Positions 26,637 through 36,119 of a DNA stretch of 64,000 bases are shown in pieces. Made by a program: the position numbers and the translations under genes. Source of the stretch: an uncultured Dehalococcoidia bacterium (lineage in GTDB: Bacteria; Chloroflexota; Dehalococcoidia; SHYB01); the NCBI GenBank assembly GCA_964555685.1, contig CAZKTO010000003.1, forward strand, positions 556-64,555, given 5' to 3'. The notes under the pieces are model-generated. The model did no database searches and was not told the DNA's origin. It saw nothing but the letters and a program-made list of their open reading frames with translations. Position 1 is the stretch's first letter. The number at the start of each line of letters is the position of its first letter.

Positions 26637-27620
26637 TCACTCCCGGTAGACGTCGTCGAACATGGACTGAACGGACGGGTTGGGGCTCTGGTCGGCGAAG
26701 GAGACCGCCTCGTTGATCTCCTGCTCGACGCTGGCCTCGATCTCGCCGATACGCTGCTCCGTGGCGGCGCCGCTCTGCAGGAGCTCGCGCCGGAAGAGGA
26801 CGATGGGGTCGCGGCGCTTCCATCGCTCCTCCTCCTCCTTGTGGCGGTAGCTGACTGGGTCAGACATGGAGTGGCCGCGGAAGCGGTAGGTCATGGCCTC
26901 CAGGAAGAAAGGGCCCTTGCCGGAGCGGGCGTGGCTGATGGCGCGCAGCGCCGCCTCGCGGACGGCCAGCACGTCCATGCCGTCCACCTCCTCGCTCTGC
27001 ATGCCGAAGGCCTCGCCCAGGCGCCAGATAGCCTTGCCGGGGTGGACCCGCTCGATGCGAGTGCCCATAGCGAAGCCGTTGTTCTCGAGGAGGAAGACCA
27101 CGGGCAGCTTCCAGAGGGCGGCGAGGTTGAAGGACTCGTGGAACTCGCCCTGCTGCACGGCGCCGTCGCCGAAGATGCAGAGGCAGACGCGGCCCTCCTT
27201 GCGCATCTTGCTGGCCAGGGCCAAGCCCGTGGCGATGGGCATCATGGCGCCCACGATGGCGTAGCCGCCCAGGAACCCCTTGGATGCGTCGAAGAGGTGC
27301 ATGGAGCCGCCCTTGCCCTTGCTGGTGCCGGTCGCCCTGCCGAACAGCTCCGCCATGAGCCGCCGGGTGTCCAGCCCGCGGGCGATGGCGTGGCCGTGGT
27401 CGCGGTAGTGGGTGACGATGTAGTCCTTAGCCTCGAGGGGCGGGATGGCGCCGGCGGCCACGGCCTCCTCGCCGATATAGAGATGGAGGAAGCCGCCGAT
27501 CTTGGCGCGCCCGTACATCTCGGCCGCCTTCTCCTCAAAGCGGCGGATGAGCGCCATCGTTCGGTAGAGGTCCAATGCCAGGGGCGTCGGGACCGCCAGC
27601 TGTTTCAGTGTCATGGCCAT
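26637..27620 (-). CDS. 2-oxoacid dehydrogenase E1 alpha subunit
   Basis: It has a TPP-binding region (CIFGDGAVQQGEFHESFN) and YRFRGHSMSDP. I preferred the ATG at 27620 (MAMTLKQ) because a GGAGG lies 9 nt upstream. The track starts the ORF at 27635. Confidence 0.85.
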   Translation of the reverse strand: MAMTLKQLAVPTPLALDLYRTMALIRRFEEKAAEMYGRAKIGGFLHLYIGEEAVAAGAIPPLEAKDYIVTHYRDHGHAIARGLDTRRLMAELFGRATGTSKGKGGSMHLFDASKGFLGGYAIVGAMMPIATGLALASKMRKEGRVCLCIFGDGAVQQGEFHESFNLAALWKLPVVFLLENNGFAMGTRIERVHPGKAIWRLGEAFGMQSEEVDGMDVLAVREAALRAISHARSGKGPFFLEAMTYRFRGHSMSDPVSYRHKEEEERWKRRDPIVLFRRELLQSGAATEQRIGEIEASVEQEINEAVSFADQSPNPSVQSMFDDVYRE

Positions 27621-27651
27621 CCTCAGGCCTCCCATCGGCGCGGAACACCCG

Positions 27652-29043
27652 CTAGATGTTCAGCGATTCCCCAAAGACTCCCAGACCGGCCTCCATCAAG
27701 GCCTCGGACATGGTCGGATGGGCGTGCACCGTCCTCCCCACCTCCAGCGCCGTCCCCTCGAGCATGCGCGCCACCGAGAGCTCGGCGAGGAGCTCCGTAA
27801 CATCGTGCCCCACCAGGTGCGCGCCCAGGAGCTCGCCGGACCTGGCGCTGGCGACGAGCTTGACGAAGCCCTCGGCGGCGCCCAGGGCCACGGCCTTGCC
27901 GTTGGCGCTGAACGGGAACTTGCCCACCTTCACCTCGTGGCCCTGCTGCCGGGCGGCCCTCTCCGTGAGCCCCATGCTGGCCACCTGCGGCTGGCAGTAG
28001 GTGGCGCGCGGCATATCCTGATAAGCGAGGGGCGGCGGCTGGCGGCCGGCGATGGCCTCGGCCGCCGTGACGCCCTGGGCCGAGGCGACGTGGGCCAGGA
28101 GCAGCTTGCCCGTCACATCGCCGATGGCGTAGAGGCCCGGGACGTTGGTGGCCATGCGGCCGTCCACCTTGATGAAGCCCCGGTCCGTGGCGACGCCCAG
28201 CGCCTCGAGGCCGATGCCCTCGCTATTGGGCTGGACGCCGACGCCCAGGAGCACCGTGTCGCACTCGACGACAGGGCCCTCCTGGGCCGGGCCCAGGGTC
28301 AACCGTATGCGGCCGTTGGACCGGGCGGCCCCCTCCACGGCGAACCCGGCCTTGACGGTGACGCCGGCGCGGGTGAAGGAGCGCTCGAGGATCTGGCTCG
28401 CCTCCTCGTCCTCGTTGGGAACGAGGTGCGGCAGCATCTCAATGATGGTGACCTTGGAGCCGTAGGCGCGGTAGAAGTAGGCGAACTCGCAGCCCACGGC
28501 GCCGCCGCCGACGATGGCGATGGAGCCGGGCGGCTGGCGCAGCGCCAGGGCCTCGCGGCTGGTGATGACGCCCTTCCCGTCGGCCTTGAGGGCCGGCAGG
28601 TCCTTGGCGCGAGCGCCGGTGGCGACGATGACGTTCTTGGCGCGGAGGCGGCGGCCATCGGAGTCGATGACCACCTCGGTGGAGCTGGCGAGACGGCCCG
28701 TGCCCGAGACGAGCTCGATCTTGTTCTTCTTCAGGATGAACTTGATGCCCTTGACCATCCGGTCCACGACCTGGCGACTGCGGTCGATGGCGGCGCCCAT
28801 GTCGTACCGGAGGTTGTCGTAGGCGATGCCGTACTGGCCGGCGTTGCGGACGAGGTCCAGGACCTCGGCGTTGCGCAGGAGGGCCTTGGAGGGGATGCAG
28901 CCCCAGTTGAGGCAGACGCCGCCGACCTCCTCGCGCTCGACGACGGCGGCGGCGAGGCCCAGCTGCGCCGCGCGTATGGCGGCTGTGTAGCCGCCGGGCC
29001 CGCCGCCGAGGACGACCACGTCGAAGTCGCTAACGTTAGACAC
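27652..29043 (-). CDS. lpd: dihydrolipoyl dehydrogenase (E3)
   Basis: It contains FDVVVLGGGPGGY and the redox-active CLNWGCIPSK. I chose the GTG at 29043, which overlaps the lipA stop by 8 nt. Confidence 0.88.
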   Translation of the reverse strand: MSNVSDFDVVVLGGGPGGYTAAIRAAQLGLAAAVVEREEVGGVCLNWGCIPSKALLRNAEVLDLVRNAGQYGIAYDNLRYDMGAAIDRSRQVVDRMVKGIKFILKKNKIELVSGTGRLASSTEVVIDSDGRRLRAKNVIVATGARAKDLPALKADGKGVITSREALALRQPPGSIAIVGGGAVGCEFAYFYRAYGSKVTIIEMLPHLVPNEDEEASQILERSFTRAGVTVKAGFAVEGAARSNGRIRLTLGPAQEGPVVECDTVLLGVGVQPNSEGIGLEALGVATDRGFIKVDGRMATNVPGLYAIGDVTGKLLLAHVASAQGVTAAEAIAGRQPPPLAYQDMPRATYCQPQVASMGLTERAARQQGHEVKVGKFPFSANGKAVALGAAEGFVKLVASARSGELLGAHLVGHDVTELLAELSVARMLEGTALEVGRTVHAHPTMSEALMEAGLGVFGESLNI

Positions 29044-29944
29044 GGGACGCCGCCTCTGCGGTGGCGCCCGGCGGGGCCGGCGCGACGTGCTCATGGGCGT
29101 GATAGGAGCTGCGGACCAGGGGGCCGGACTCGACGTGGCGGAAGCCCATGGCCAGGCCCGCCCGCTTGAGCTCGGAGAACTCCTCCGGGGTATAGAAACG
29201 GTCGATGGGGATGTGCCGGGCCGAGGGCCGCAGGTACTGGCCGACGGTCAGCACGTTCACCTCGGCCTCCCGCAGATCGGCCATCGTCTCCAGGATCTCG
29301 TCCGTAGTCTCGCCCATCCCCACGATGATGCCAGACTTGGTAGTGATATCGGGACGCCACTCCTTGACCTGGGCGAGGAGCTCGATGGAGCGGCGGTAGC
29401 CGCCCTTGGGCCGGACGCGGGGGAAGAGGCGCTGAACGCTTTCGATGTTGTGATTGAGGACGTCGGGCGAGGCGTCCACGACGGCGCGCAGGGCCTCCCG
29501 CACGCCCATGAAGTCGGGGATAAGGACTTCGACGGCGCAGCCGGGGGCGCGGGCGCGGAGCTGCCGGATGGTGGCGGCGAAGACGGAGGCGCCGCCATCG
29601 GCCAGGTCGTCCCGGTTGACGGAGGTGACGACGGCGTGCTTGAGGTCCAGGGTGCGGACGGCGTCCGCAACGCGCCCAGGCTCGGCGAGGTCGAGGCCCT
29701 TGGGCCGGCCGGGGGTGACGGCGCAGTAGGCGCAGGCGCGGGTGCAGATATCGCCCAGGATGAGGAAGGTGGCGGTGCCGTACTCCCAGCACTCGCCCAT
29801 GTTGGGGCAGTGGGCCTCCTCGCAGATGGTGTGGAGGCCCTGCTCCCGCATAAGGCCCTTGAGGCGCAGATAGTTGGGGCCGCCGGGTGCGCGCACCTTG
29901 AACCAGGGCGGCAGCCGGCGCTCAGCGACGCCACCAGAATTCAT
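29036..29944 (-). CDS. lipA: lipoyl synthase
   Basis: It contains CEEAHCPNMGECW and the radical-SAM motif CTRACAYC. I preferred the ATG at 29944 (MNSGGVAERRLPPWFKV) over the TTG at 29986. Confidence 0.9.
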   Translation of the reverse strand: MNSGGVAERRLPPWFKVRAPGGPNYLRLKGLMREQGLHTICEEAHCPNMGECWEYGTATFLILGDICTRACAYCAVTPGRPKGLDLAEPGRVADAVRTLDLKHAVVTSVNRDDLADGGASVFAATIRQLRARAPGCAVEVLIPDFMGVREALRAVVDASPDVLNHNIESVQRLFPRVRPKGGYRRSIELLAQVKEWRPDITTKSGIIVGMGETTDEILETMADLREAEVNVLTVGQYLRPSARHIPIDRFYTPEEFSELKRAGLAMGFRHVESGPLVRSSYHAHEHVAPAPPGATAEAASRV

Positions 29945-30034
29945 CCCGCACCCGACCCTGAAAGACGCTGAAGCATAACCTATCAATTATAGCATGGCCC
30001 CTTCTGTTGGGGCCCGTGGCTGCCCGCACCCAGA

Positions 30035-30050
30035 CCCCGACTTGTCGGGG
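30035..30050. repeat. REP-like hairpin, family A (CCCCGAC-N2-GTCGGGG)
   Basis: The sequence ccccgacttgtcgggg lies between lipA and thyX. Confidence 0.65.
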
Positions 30051-30087
30051 CGGGCGTCTCTCCCTCACCGCCACAGCTACCCTCAAG

Positions 30088-31509
30088 TCACTCCACCGGA
30101 TCGCGCAGGCGGATGTACTGGACAAGCAGTGGATGGACGCGGCGCACCTCCGCCAGCGCCTGGATGGCCACCTCGCGGATGGTGAAGTGGGCCTGCTTGG
30201 CGCTCCGAAGCTTCAGCAGGTGGTAGCACTCGCGGAGGTTCATCTTGGCCAGCAGGCGTACAAGATGCGCATGCGTCACCACGTAGGCGGCGACGGCAGG
30301 CGAGCGCTCGGCGATGCGGCGGTGGGCCTCGGCGGAGGCGGCCATGGCGGTATGAAAGTCGGGCTTGGCGCCGGCCTCCGCCACGACGGGCGGAACGACG
30401 TAGCCGTGCCGCACCGTGAGCATCTGCGGGATGGAGGTCTGCATACGGTGGCGCCGGTACTCTCGATAGGCCCCGTAGTCCAGCGAGAGATCGAAGAGAT
30501 AGTCGGGCATCTCCGTCTCGCGCAGGGGCGCGTCGAAGGGGCCCAGGCCGGCCAGGGCCCGCTCGACGACGGCCTGCCGCTCCCGGCCGTCCATAGCCTC
30601 GGCCCGCGCTCGCGCCTCGGCGTAGGGCCGGTCCAAGACGCGGTAGAGCAGCGCCGCCACCAGGCGCACCTCGCCGTCGGCGTCGCACTGGACGAGCGTG
30701 GCGGAGACGGCGCCGGGCCCGCCAGCCACAGAGCTTTCGCCCGCCGTGGCGGGCCGGGCCAGGCGCATCATCTCGCGGGCGCGGACGAGGTAGTCGCTGC
30801 GGTCCGCGTACTTGATCAGCGTCGGCGCGATGACCCGCCCCTCGTCCTTGAGATGCTGGCCGATCTCTCGGCACTCGGCCAGCTCGGACGAGAGGAGCTT
30901 GGTGATGGCGTGCTCCAGCGCCCGGGCGTTGATGGTGACGCCAACGTTCGTGAGCGTGGCGGCAGGGAGCACGAAGCGGCAGTGGTCGGTGGCGATGCGC
31001 CGGATGCGGAGGTTGTATGCCCCATCCTTCTCGCCCTCGCGCCTGGGGTTCTGCGTCCTGAGGTAGGCGATGGTCCGTTCGATGAGGCGGTGGTAGGTAT
31101 CGAAGAGCTGGTCACAGGTATCTACAAACAGGCGCTGGAGGGCAGGGTGCTCGTCTAGCTCGCTGGGCACATGGTAGCTGCCGCGGTCGAGCACCTGGTA
31201 GCGCGACGACTTTTCGGTGTAGGAGGCGAGGCGATTGTCCTCCAGCTCGTCGGCGGCGATGCGGGAGACGTTCTCGACGGCCATGTGGAGGACGGCGTGC
31301 TCAGCGACGGAGGCGTGGCCGTAGCCCACCACCCACTTCTCGTTGAAATCGGCGGCCTTGGCCTCGGAGACGACCTTAGCGATCTCGTCGAAGGGCTCCG
31401 GACTGCGGGAGGTCATGGCGAAGGTGACCGCGATCTGCTCCTGGGAGAGGGCGCGCGGGTCCAGGGGGTAGACGCGCATCTGCCGGGTGGGAGTCTTGGC
31501 CGTGGTCAT
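30088..31509 (-). CDS. thyX: FAD-dependent thymidylate synthase, double-length (two ThyX-like halves)
   Basis: The start is the internal ATG at 31509 (MTTAKTPTRQMRVYPL). The N-half contains GHASVAEHAVLHM...SYTEKSSRY. The C-half contains YREYRRHRMQTS. Confidence 0.8.
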   Translation of the reverse strand: MTTAKTPTRQMRVYPLDPRALSQEQIAVTFAMTSRSPEPFDEIAKVVSEAKAADFNEKWVVGYGHASVAEHAVLHMAVENVSRIAADELEDNRLASYTEKSSRYQVLDRGSYHVPSELDEHPALQRLFVDTCDQLFDTYHRLIERTIAYLRTQNPRREGEKDGAYNLRIRRIATDHCRFVLPAATLTNVGVTINARALEHAITKLLSSELAECREIGQHLKDEGRVIAPTLIKYADRSDYLVRAREMMRLARPATAGESSVAGGPGAVSATLVQCDADGEVRLVAALLYRVLDRPYAEARARAEAMDGRERQAVVERALAGLGPFDAPLRETEMPDYLFDLSLDYGAYREYRRHRMQTSIPQMLTVRHGYVVPPVVAEAGAKPDFHTAMAASAEAHRRIAERSPAVAAYVVTHAHLVRLLAKMNLRECYHLLKLRSAKQAHFTIREVAIQALAEVRRVHPLLVQYIRLRDPVE

Positions 31510-31544
31510 AGCGTCGGTACGGCGCCCGTGGGTTGGGGCGGCGG

Positions 31545-31657
31545 CCCCGACCTGTCGGGGCGGGGTACGCCGCCGGGCCCGGTCGCGACCGTACCATCGC
31601 ATGCTAGGCGCGGTGCCACCGGGCGTCAAGCGGAGCATCGGCCCCGACACGTCGGGG
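31545..31657. repeat. two family-A REP hairpins upstream of thyX
   Basis: The two copies are ccccgacctgtcgggg (31545-60) and ccccgacacgtcgggg (31642-57). Confidence 0.65.
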
Positions 31658-31740
31658 CGCGCGGGGGCGCGAGGCGCCATGCCCCTGCACATTTGGTCAT
31701 GTCTGGCTCTCTTGACATCCTGCAACAACGGCATACGGCC

Positions 31741-32100
31741 CTACCGCTCGCCGCCCAGCTTTTTCTCCAAATACGCCTTCAGGGCAACGGCGTTGTTGTA
31801 CCGGACGTCCTTGGCGCCGAACAGCAGGGTGACATCGGCGGAGTGCGCGGCCTCAAGGAGGGTGGCCCAGACGGCCGGGTCCCTATCCAGCTCGGCGAAG
31901 TACCGGCGACGGAACTCCTCCCAGCGGGCGGGGTTGTGACCGAACCACGTCCGCAGCCCCAGCGAGGGTGCGACATCCCGGACCCAACGGTCGATCCTCG
32001 CCTGCTCTTTGGAGAGCCCTCGGGGCCAGAGCCCGTCGACGAGCAGGCGGAGGCCCTCCGAAGGCTCCAGACGGTCGTAGACGCGTCTCACGCGGATCAT
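31741..32100 (-). CDS. DUF488 (YeaO-like) protein
   Basis: It contains MIRVRRVYD...GLRLLVDGLWPRGLSKE...WFGHNPARWEEFRRRY. Confidence 0.75.
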   Translation of the reverse strand: MIRVRRVYDRLEPSEGLRLLVDGLWPRGLSKEQARIDRWVRDVAPSLGLRTWFGHNPARWEEFRRRYFAELDRDPAVWATLLEAAHSADVTLLFGAKDVRYNNAVALKAYLEKKLGGER

Positions 32101-33515
32101 GGCCCTGCCCCAAAGCCGCCCCTTGCGCCCAGCGCCCCATCCAGCACATCCAGGGCGAAGTCAAGCTGGCGGCGGGTGATGGTGAGCGGCGGCGAGATGG
32201 AGAGGACGTTGCCCGCAGGGCCGCTGGTGATCATGATGACGCCCCGCGCGAGAGCCCTCCGCATCACGCTAGCCGCAGCCGCCGGATGCGGCTCCTTGGA
32301 CCGCCGGTCGCGCACGAGCTCGATGCCTGCCATGAGCCCCAGGCCGCGCACGTCGCCGATGACGCGGTGGCGTTCCATCATCGCCCCGCACCGGCGCAGG
32401 AGGTGGGCCCCCATCCTGCGGGCCCGCTCGGGAGCGCGGCGCCGCTCCAGCTCGCCGATGGATGCCAGCGCCGCGGCGCAGCCCACCGGGTGCCCCATGA
32501 ACGTGCTCGAGTGGGGGGCCTCCGGCCCTCGGTGCGCCCACGCGCCCATGACCTCGGCCCGCGCGATGCACGCGGCGATGGGCATGCCGCCGGCCATCCC
32601 CTTGCCCACGCAAAGGATGTCCGGCACGACCCCTTCGCGCTGGACAGCGAACCACGCGCCGGTGCGCCCGAAGCCGGTGAAGATCTCGTCGGCGATGAGC
32701 AGCACGCCCCGCTCGTCGCAGATATCGCGCAGGCGCGCGAGATATCCCGGCGGCGGGACGATCTCGCCCCCGCGGCCCTGCACCGGCTCGATGACGACGG
32801 CGCCGATGGGGCCGGCGCCTCTCGGCGGCCGGTCAAGGGCGCGCTCCACGGGTTCGAGGCAGGCGATGTCGCAGGAGGGATACGTGAGACCCAGCGGGCA
32901 GCGATAACAATAAGGATAGGGCGCGCTGGCCACCCGGCGGTTGAGCTGCGGCTCGAAGGGCTCGCGGAACCGGGGCCACTGGGTGACGGCCAGGGCGCCG
33001 TAGCTCTGGCCGTGAAAGCCGCCGGTGAAGGCGAGGACGCCGTGGCGTCCGGTGGCGCGCACCGCCGTCTTGAGCGCCAGCTCCACCGCCTCCGAGCCGC
33101 TGGAGCAGAGGATGACCTGGTTGCGCCGGCCGGGAGCGAGCCTCGCCAGGCGCCGGGCCAGGCCGGCGCGGCGCGCATCTGGGTGAACGTCGCCCAGGCC
33201 GTGCAGGAGCGCGCCGGCCTGCCGCCGGACCGCCGCCACGACCCGCGGGTCCCCGTGGCCAAGGTTCGCCACGCCAAAGCCGCCCGTGAGATCGATGTAG
33301 ACGTTGCCATCGGCGTCGAGCACGTTAGCGCCGCGGGCCCGCTCCCACACGATGGGCGTATCGCCGGCGCACATGGTGGAGACGCCGGGGGACTCATAGC
33401 GAGCGAGCTGGCGGGCCAACCGGCGCGACGCGGGGCCCGGCGGCGGCACGACGATGCGCGGGAGGATGCGACCAAAGGCACGCGTCGCGGGCGGCGCGGC
33501 TGGAGGGGGCGGCAT
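32097..33515 (-). CDS. class-III (PLP) aminotransferase, GABA/acetylornithine aminotransferase-like
   Basis: It contains LIADEIFTGFGRTG and SSGSEAVE. The start is the ATG at 33515. Its stop overlaps the DUF488 start (ATGA). Confidence 0.85.
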   Translation of the reverse strand: MPPPPAAPPATRAFGRILPRIVVPPPGPASRRLARQLARYESPGVSTMCAGDTPIVWERARGANVLDADGNVYIDLTGGFGVANLGHGDPRVVAAVRRQAGALLHGLGDVHPDARRAGLARRLARLAPGRRNQVILCSSGSEAVELALKTAVRATGRHGVLAFTGGFHGQSYGALAVTQWPRFREPFEPQLNRRVASAPYPYCYRCPLGLTYPSCDIACLEPVERALDRPPRGAGPIGAVVIEPVQGRGGEIVPPPGYLARLRDICDERGVLLIADEIFTGFGRTGAWFAVQREGVVPDILCVGKGMAGGMPIAACIARAEVMGAWAHRGPEAPHSSTFMGHPVGCAAALASIGELERRRAPERARRMGAHLLRRCGAMMERHRVIGDVRGLGLMAGIELVRDRRSKEPHPAAAASVMRRALARGVIMITSGPAGNVLSISPPLTITRRQLDFALDVLDGALGARGGFGAGP

Positions 33516-33622
33516 GGCGGCCTCGGCTCTTGGCGGGTTGCTTGCATTATACCGGCGGCCCGCCCTCGCCAAGGTCGTGGTAGAATCGCGCCGGCTCGAG
33601 AGTCTCGACCCGGGAGACGCCC

Positions 33623-34321
33623 ATGACCAACTATCTCCTCGTCCACGGCGCGGCCCACGGGGCCTGGTGCTGGGGCCCCATGGTCCCGCTTCTCAAGAAG
33701 GACCGGCGCACCGGCGAGGTGCTGGCCATCGACCTCGTGGGCCACGGCCAGCGCGTCCAGGAGAGGCCGCACGAGCGCATCACCCGCGAGGACTATATCC
33801 AGGACGTGGTCCAGGCCCTCGAGGGGCGCGGGCTGAAGGACGTGGTGCTGGTGGGCCACTCGAACGCCGGCACCATCATCCCCCAGGCGGCGACGCGGGT
33901 CCGCGAGCGCATCAAGCGCCTGGTCTTCGTCTCGGCGGCCATCCCGCCCGAAGGGAAGACCATCCAGCAGATGTTCGCCGAGCTGAAGTACTCGCCCTTC
34001 CGCCAGGGCGCATCGCAGGAGGAGAACTACCGGCGCATGTTCTGCAACGATATGGACGAGGCCACGACCCAGTGGCTCATCAAGCAGATCACGCCCGAGC
34101 CAGCCGGGGCCCTGGCGGAGCCGGTCCGCCGGCCGGGCTTTCCGAAGGACCTGCCCACGAGCTACGTGGTGCTGCTTCGGGACCGAGCCCTCACGCCCGA
34201 GGTCCAGCGGACGATGGCCGCCAACATCGGCCAGCCGGAGCTCGTCGACCTCGACGCGGGGCACGACGCCATGGTCTCGCGGCCCAAGGAGCTGGCCGAG
34301 ATCCTCCTGCGCTACGCGTGA
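33623..34321 (+). CDS. alpha/beta hydrolase (methylesterase/SABP2-like)
   Basis: It contains YLLVHGAAHGAWCW and the elbow VGHSNAG. Confidence 0.8.
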   Translation: MTNYLLVHGAAHGAWCWGPMVPLLKKDRRTGEVLAIDLVGHGQRVQERPHERITREDYIQDVVQALEGRGLKDVVLVGHSNAGTIIPQAATRVRERIKRLVFVSAAIPPEGKTIQQMFAELKYSPFRQGASQEENYRRMFCNDMDEATTQWLIKQITPEPAGALAEPVRRPGFPKDLPTSYVVLLRDRALTPEVQRTMAANIGQPELVDLDAGHDAMVSRPKELAEILLRYA

Positions 34322-34426
34322 CGGAGGCCAGCGAGCGCACCCTGCCTCAGATGCTATAGTAGTTCGCAGCGGCCGCGCGGGCCACGCTGGCCCGGACGAG
34401 CGGACCGCGAGCACCCGGGGGCAAGG

Positions 34427-35419
34427 ATGAAATACCGCAGGCTGCATCGCACAGACCTCACCCTCTCCGAGGTCGGGTTCGGCGTCTGGACCGTCGCGAC
34501 GAACTGGTGGAGCGTCATCGACGAGGCCCAAGGGGTCCGGCTCCTGCGCAAGGCCTTCGACCTGGGCGTCACGTTCTACGACACGGCCGACACGTACGGC
34601 AACGGCGCTGGCGAGACGATCCTCGCCAAGGCGTTCCAGGGCCGGCGCCACGAGATCGTCATTGGCACCAAGTTCGGCTACGACTGGTACGCCCAGACGG
34701 GCCCGCGCACAGGCCACAAGGAGCTCCCGCAGGACTGGTCGCCGGCCTTTATTCGCAAGGCGTGCGAGCAGAGCCTCCGGCGCCTGGGGACCGACTACGT
34801 CGACCTCTACCAGCTCCACAACCCGCGCATCGGCGCCATTCGCGACGACGCCATCTTCGACACCATCGAGCAGCTGCGCCGCGAGGGGAAGGTCCGCTAC
34901 CACGGTTCGGCGCTGGGCCCGGACATCGGATGGTTCGATGAGGGACAGGCCGCCATGCGCGAGCGCCACGTTCACTCGGTGCAGATCATCCACAGCATCC
35001 TGGAGCAGGAGCCGTCCCGGCGCTTCTTCCCCATCGCCGGCGAGACGGACACGGGCCTCCTCTCGCGCGTCCCCCACGCCAGCGGGCTCCTGGATGGCAC
35101 GGTCAACGAGCAGACCGTCTTCCCAGCCAGCGACCACCGCTCGCACCGCAAGAAGGCCTGGCTGGACGAGTCGCTGAAGAAGCTGCGCGAGATCGCGTTC
35201 TTGACCCAAGACTACGACATGACGATCGGCCAGGCCGCCATCCAGTTCTGCCTGGCGGAGCGGCGCATCGTCACCGTCCTGCCGAACCTCACCAACGAGC
35301 CACAGCTCGTCGAGTTCTGCGCCGCGCCCGGCCGGTCCGCCATCGCCGCCAGCGACGTCGAGCGTCTGTACAAACTTTTCGACAATAATTTCAATGTAGC
35401 GCCTGCGGCGGCAGACTAA
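34427..35419 (+). CDS. aldo/keto reductase
   Basis: It contains [17 protein letters not shown] and LYQLHNP. Confidence 0.88.
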   Translation: MKYRRLHRTDLTLSEVGFGVWTVATNWWSVIDEAQGVRLLRKAFDLGVTFYDTADTYGNGAGETILAKAFQGRRHEIVIGTKFGYDWYAQTGPRTGHKELPQDWSPAFIRKACEQSLRRLGTDYVDLYQLHNPRIGAIRDDAIFDTIEQLRREGKVRYHGSALGPDIGWFDEGQAAMRERHVHSVQIIHSILEQEPSRRFFPIAGETDTGLLSRVPHASGLLDGTVNEQTVFPASDHRSHRKKAWLDESLKKLREIAFLTQDYDMTIGQAAIQFCLAERRIVTVLPNLTNEPQLVEFCAAPGRSAIAASDVERLYKLFDNNFNVAPAAAD

Positions 35420-35723
35420 GCGCGCCGCTGAACTGTTACCGTAATCACCTACTCTAAATACCGTGCTGCTAGCGGTTTGCTAGCGCCGATTTTCAGTGGC
35501 CGGACGTGGGTAGCAGATCCCGCCACGCCCCCTCAGGGGACCGGCCTCACAGCCTCGCCCCCGCGGCAGCGCGCAAGACGCCGCGTTGTCCGGCTCAACC
35601 CCCCCGCGGGGCCGGACGTCCGCCCCGAGCGCCGGCGGATGCTCCATGGGCGCGGCGCGCCATTCCACCGCGCAGCCCTCGCCTCCGTGCCAGGCCTCGC
35701 ACAACAGAAGGGGCGCCCCGCGC

Positions 35724-35757
35724 AAAAAACCGAGGGAGACCCCATGGTCTCCCTCGG
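35724..35757 (-). terminator. rho-independent terminator (minus strand)
   Basis: The reverse complement reads ccgagggagacc-atgg-ggtctccctcgg followed by tttttt: a 12-bp GC-rich stem, a 4-nt loop and a T6 tract. Confidence 0.75.
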
Positions 35758-35790
35758 TGCCGGTAGAATCCGCCTAAGGCGGACTAGTCG

Positions 35791-35829
35791 CTACCTCTTG
35801 GGCTTGGGCTTACCAGCTGGCTTCTTCAT
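35791..35829 (-). CDS. candidate micro-ORF MKKPAGKPKPKR (12 aa)
   Basis: A GAAAGGAG Shine-Dalgarno lies 10-13 nt upstream (a GTG at 35832 is also possible). The ORF lies between a promoter and a terminator. Confidence 0.25.
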   Translation of the reverse strand: MKKPAGKPKPKR

Positions 35830-35882
35830 CACCAGTTGAAGCTCCTTTCTCAGACGGCAGCGGGACTGTCTCTACTTGCGTG

Positions 35883-35909
35883 TTACTTCTTTGGCTTCTT
35901 GGGCGCCAT
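35883..35909 (-). CDS. candidate micro-ORF MAPKKPKK (8 aa)
   Basis: A G-rich Shine-Dalgarno (aaagggggga) lies 5-6 nt before the ATG at 35909, about 20 nt downstream of a TACAAT -10 box. Confidence 0.25.
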   Translation of the reverse strand: MAPKKPKK

Positions 35910-35929
35910 CTTGGTCCCCCCTTTACAGG

Positions 35930-35957
35930 ATTGTAGAGCGGGAGTGGCAGTCGTCAA
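35930..35957 (-). promoter_or_regulatory. candidate promoter P2, TTGACG-N16-TACAAT (minus strand)
   Basis: The -35 element is the reverse complement of 35952-57 and the -10 element is the reverse complement of 35930-35. Confidence 0.45.
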
Positions 35958-36119
35958 TCGGTCTGCCTCGCTGTCCTGGCCTGGGACCGGGGGTCTCGAT
36001 CCAGGATGGCGCGCTAGCCCGATAAGCCAGTCATCATCAGGCGGTGCTGATAACACGCGTTGCACCTTCCTCGTTACGATGCCGCTACGTTGTAGTGACA
36101 TCATTTCTTACTCGAATCG

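Noticed and set aside
35467-35485. Repeated palindromic tgctagcg boxes 11 bp apart after the AKR stop as an operator.
   Set aside because: They lie downstream of a convergent gene end, with no promoter nearby. There are two 8-mers only, so this may be chance.
35883-36104. 73-aa minus-strand ORF (MMSLQRSGIVTRKV...MAPKKPKK) as a protein gene.
   Set aside because: It has no recognisable fold or motif and atypical composition. A near-consensus promoter (P2) lies inside it, directly upstream of its last 8 codons. I treat the region as a 5' leader or sRNA plus micro-ORF instead, though the long frame cannot be excluded without data.
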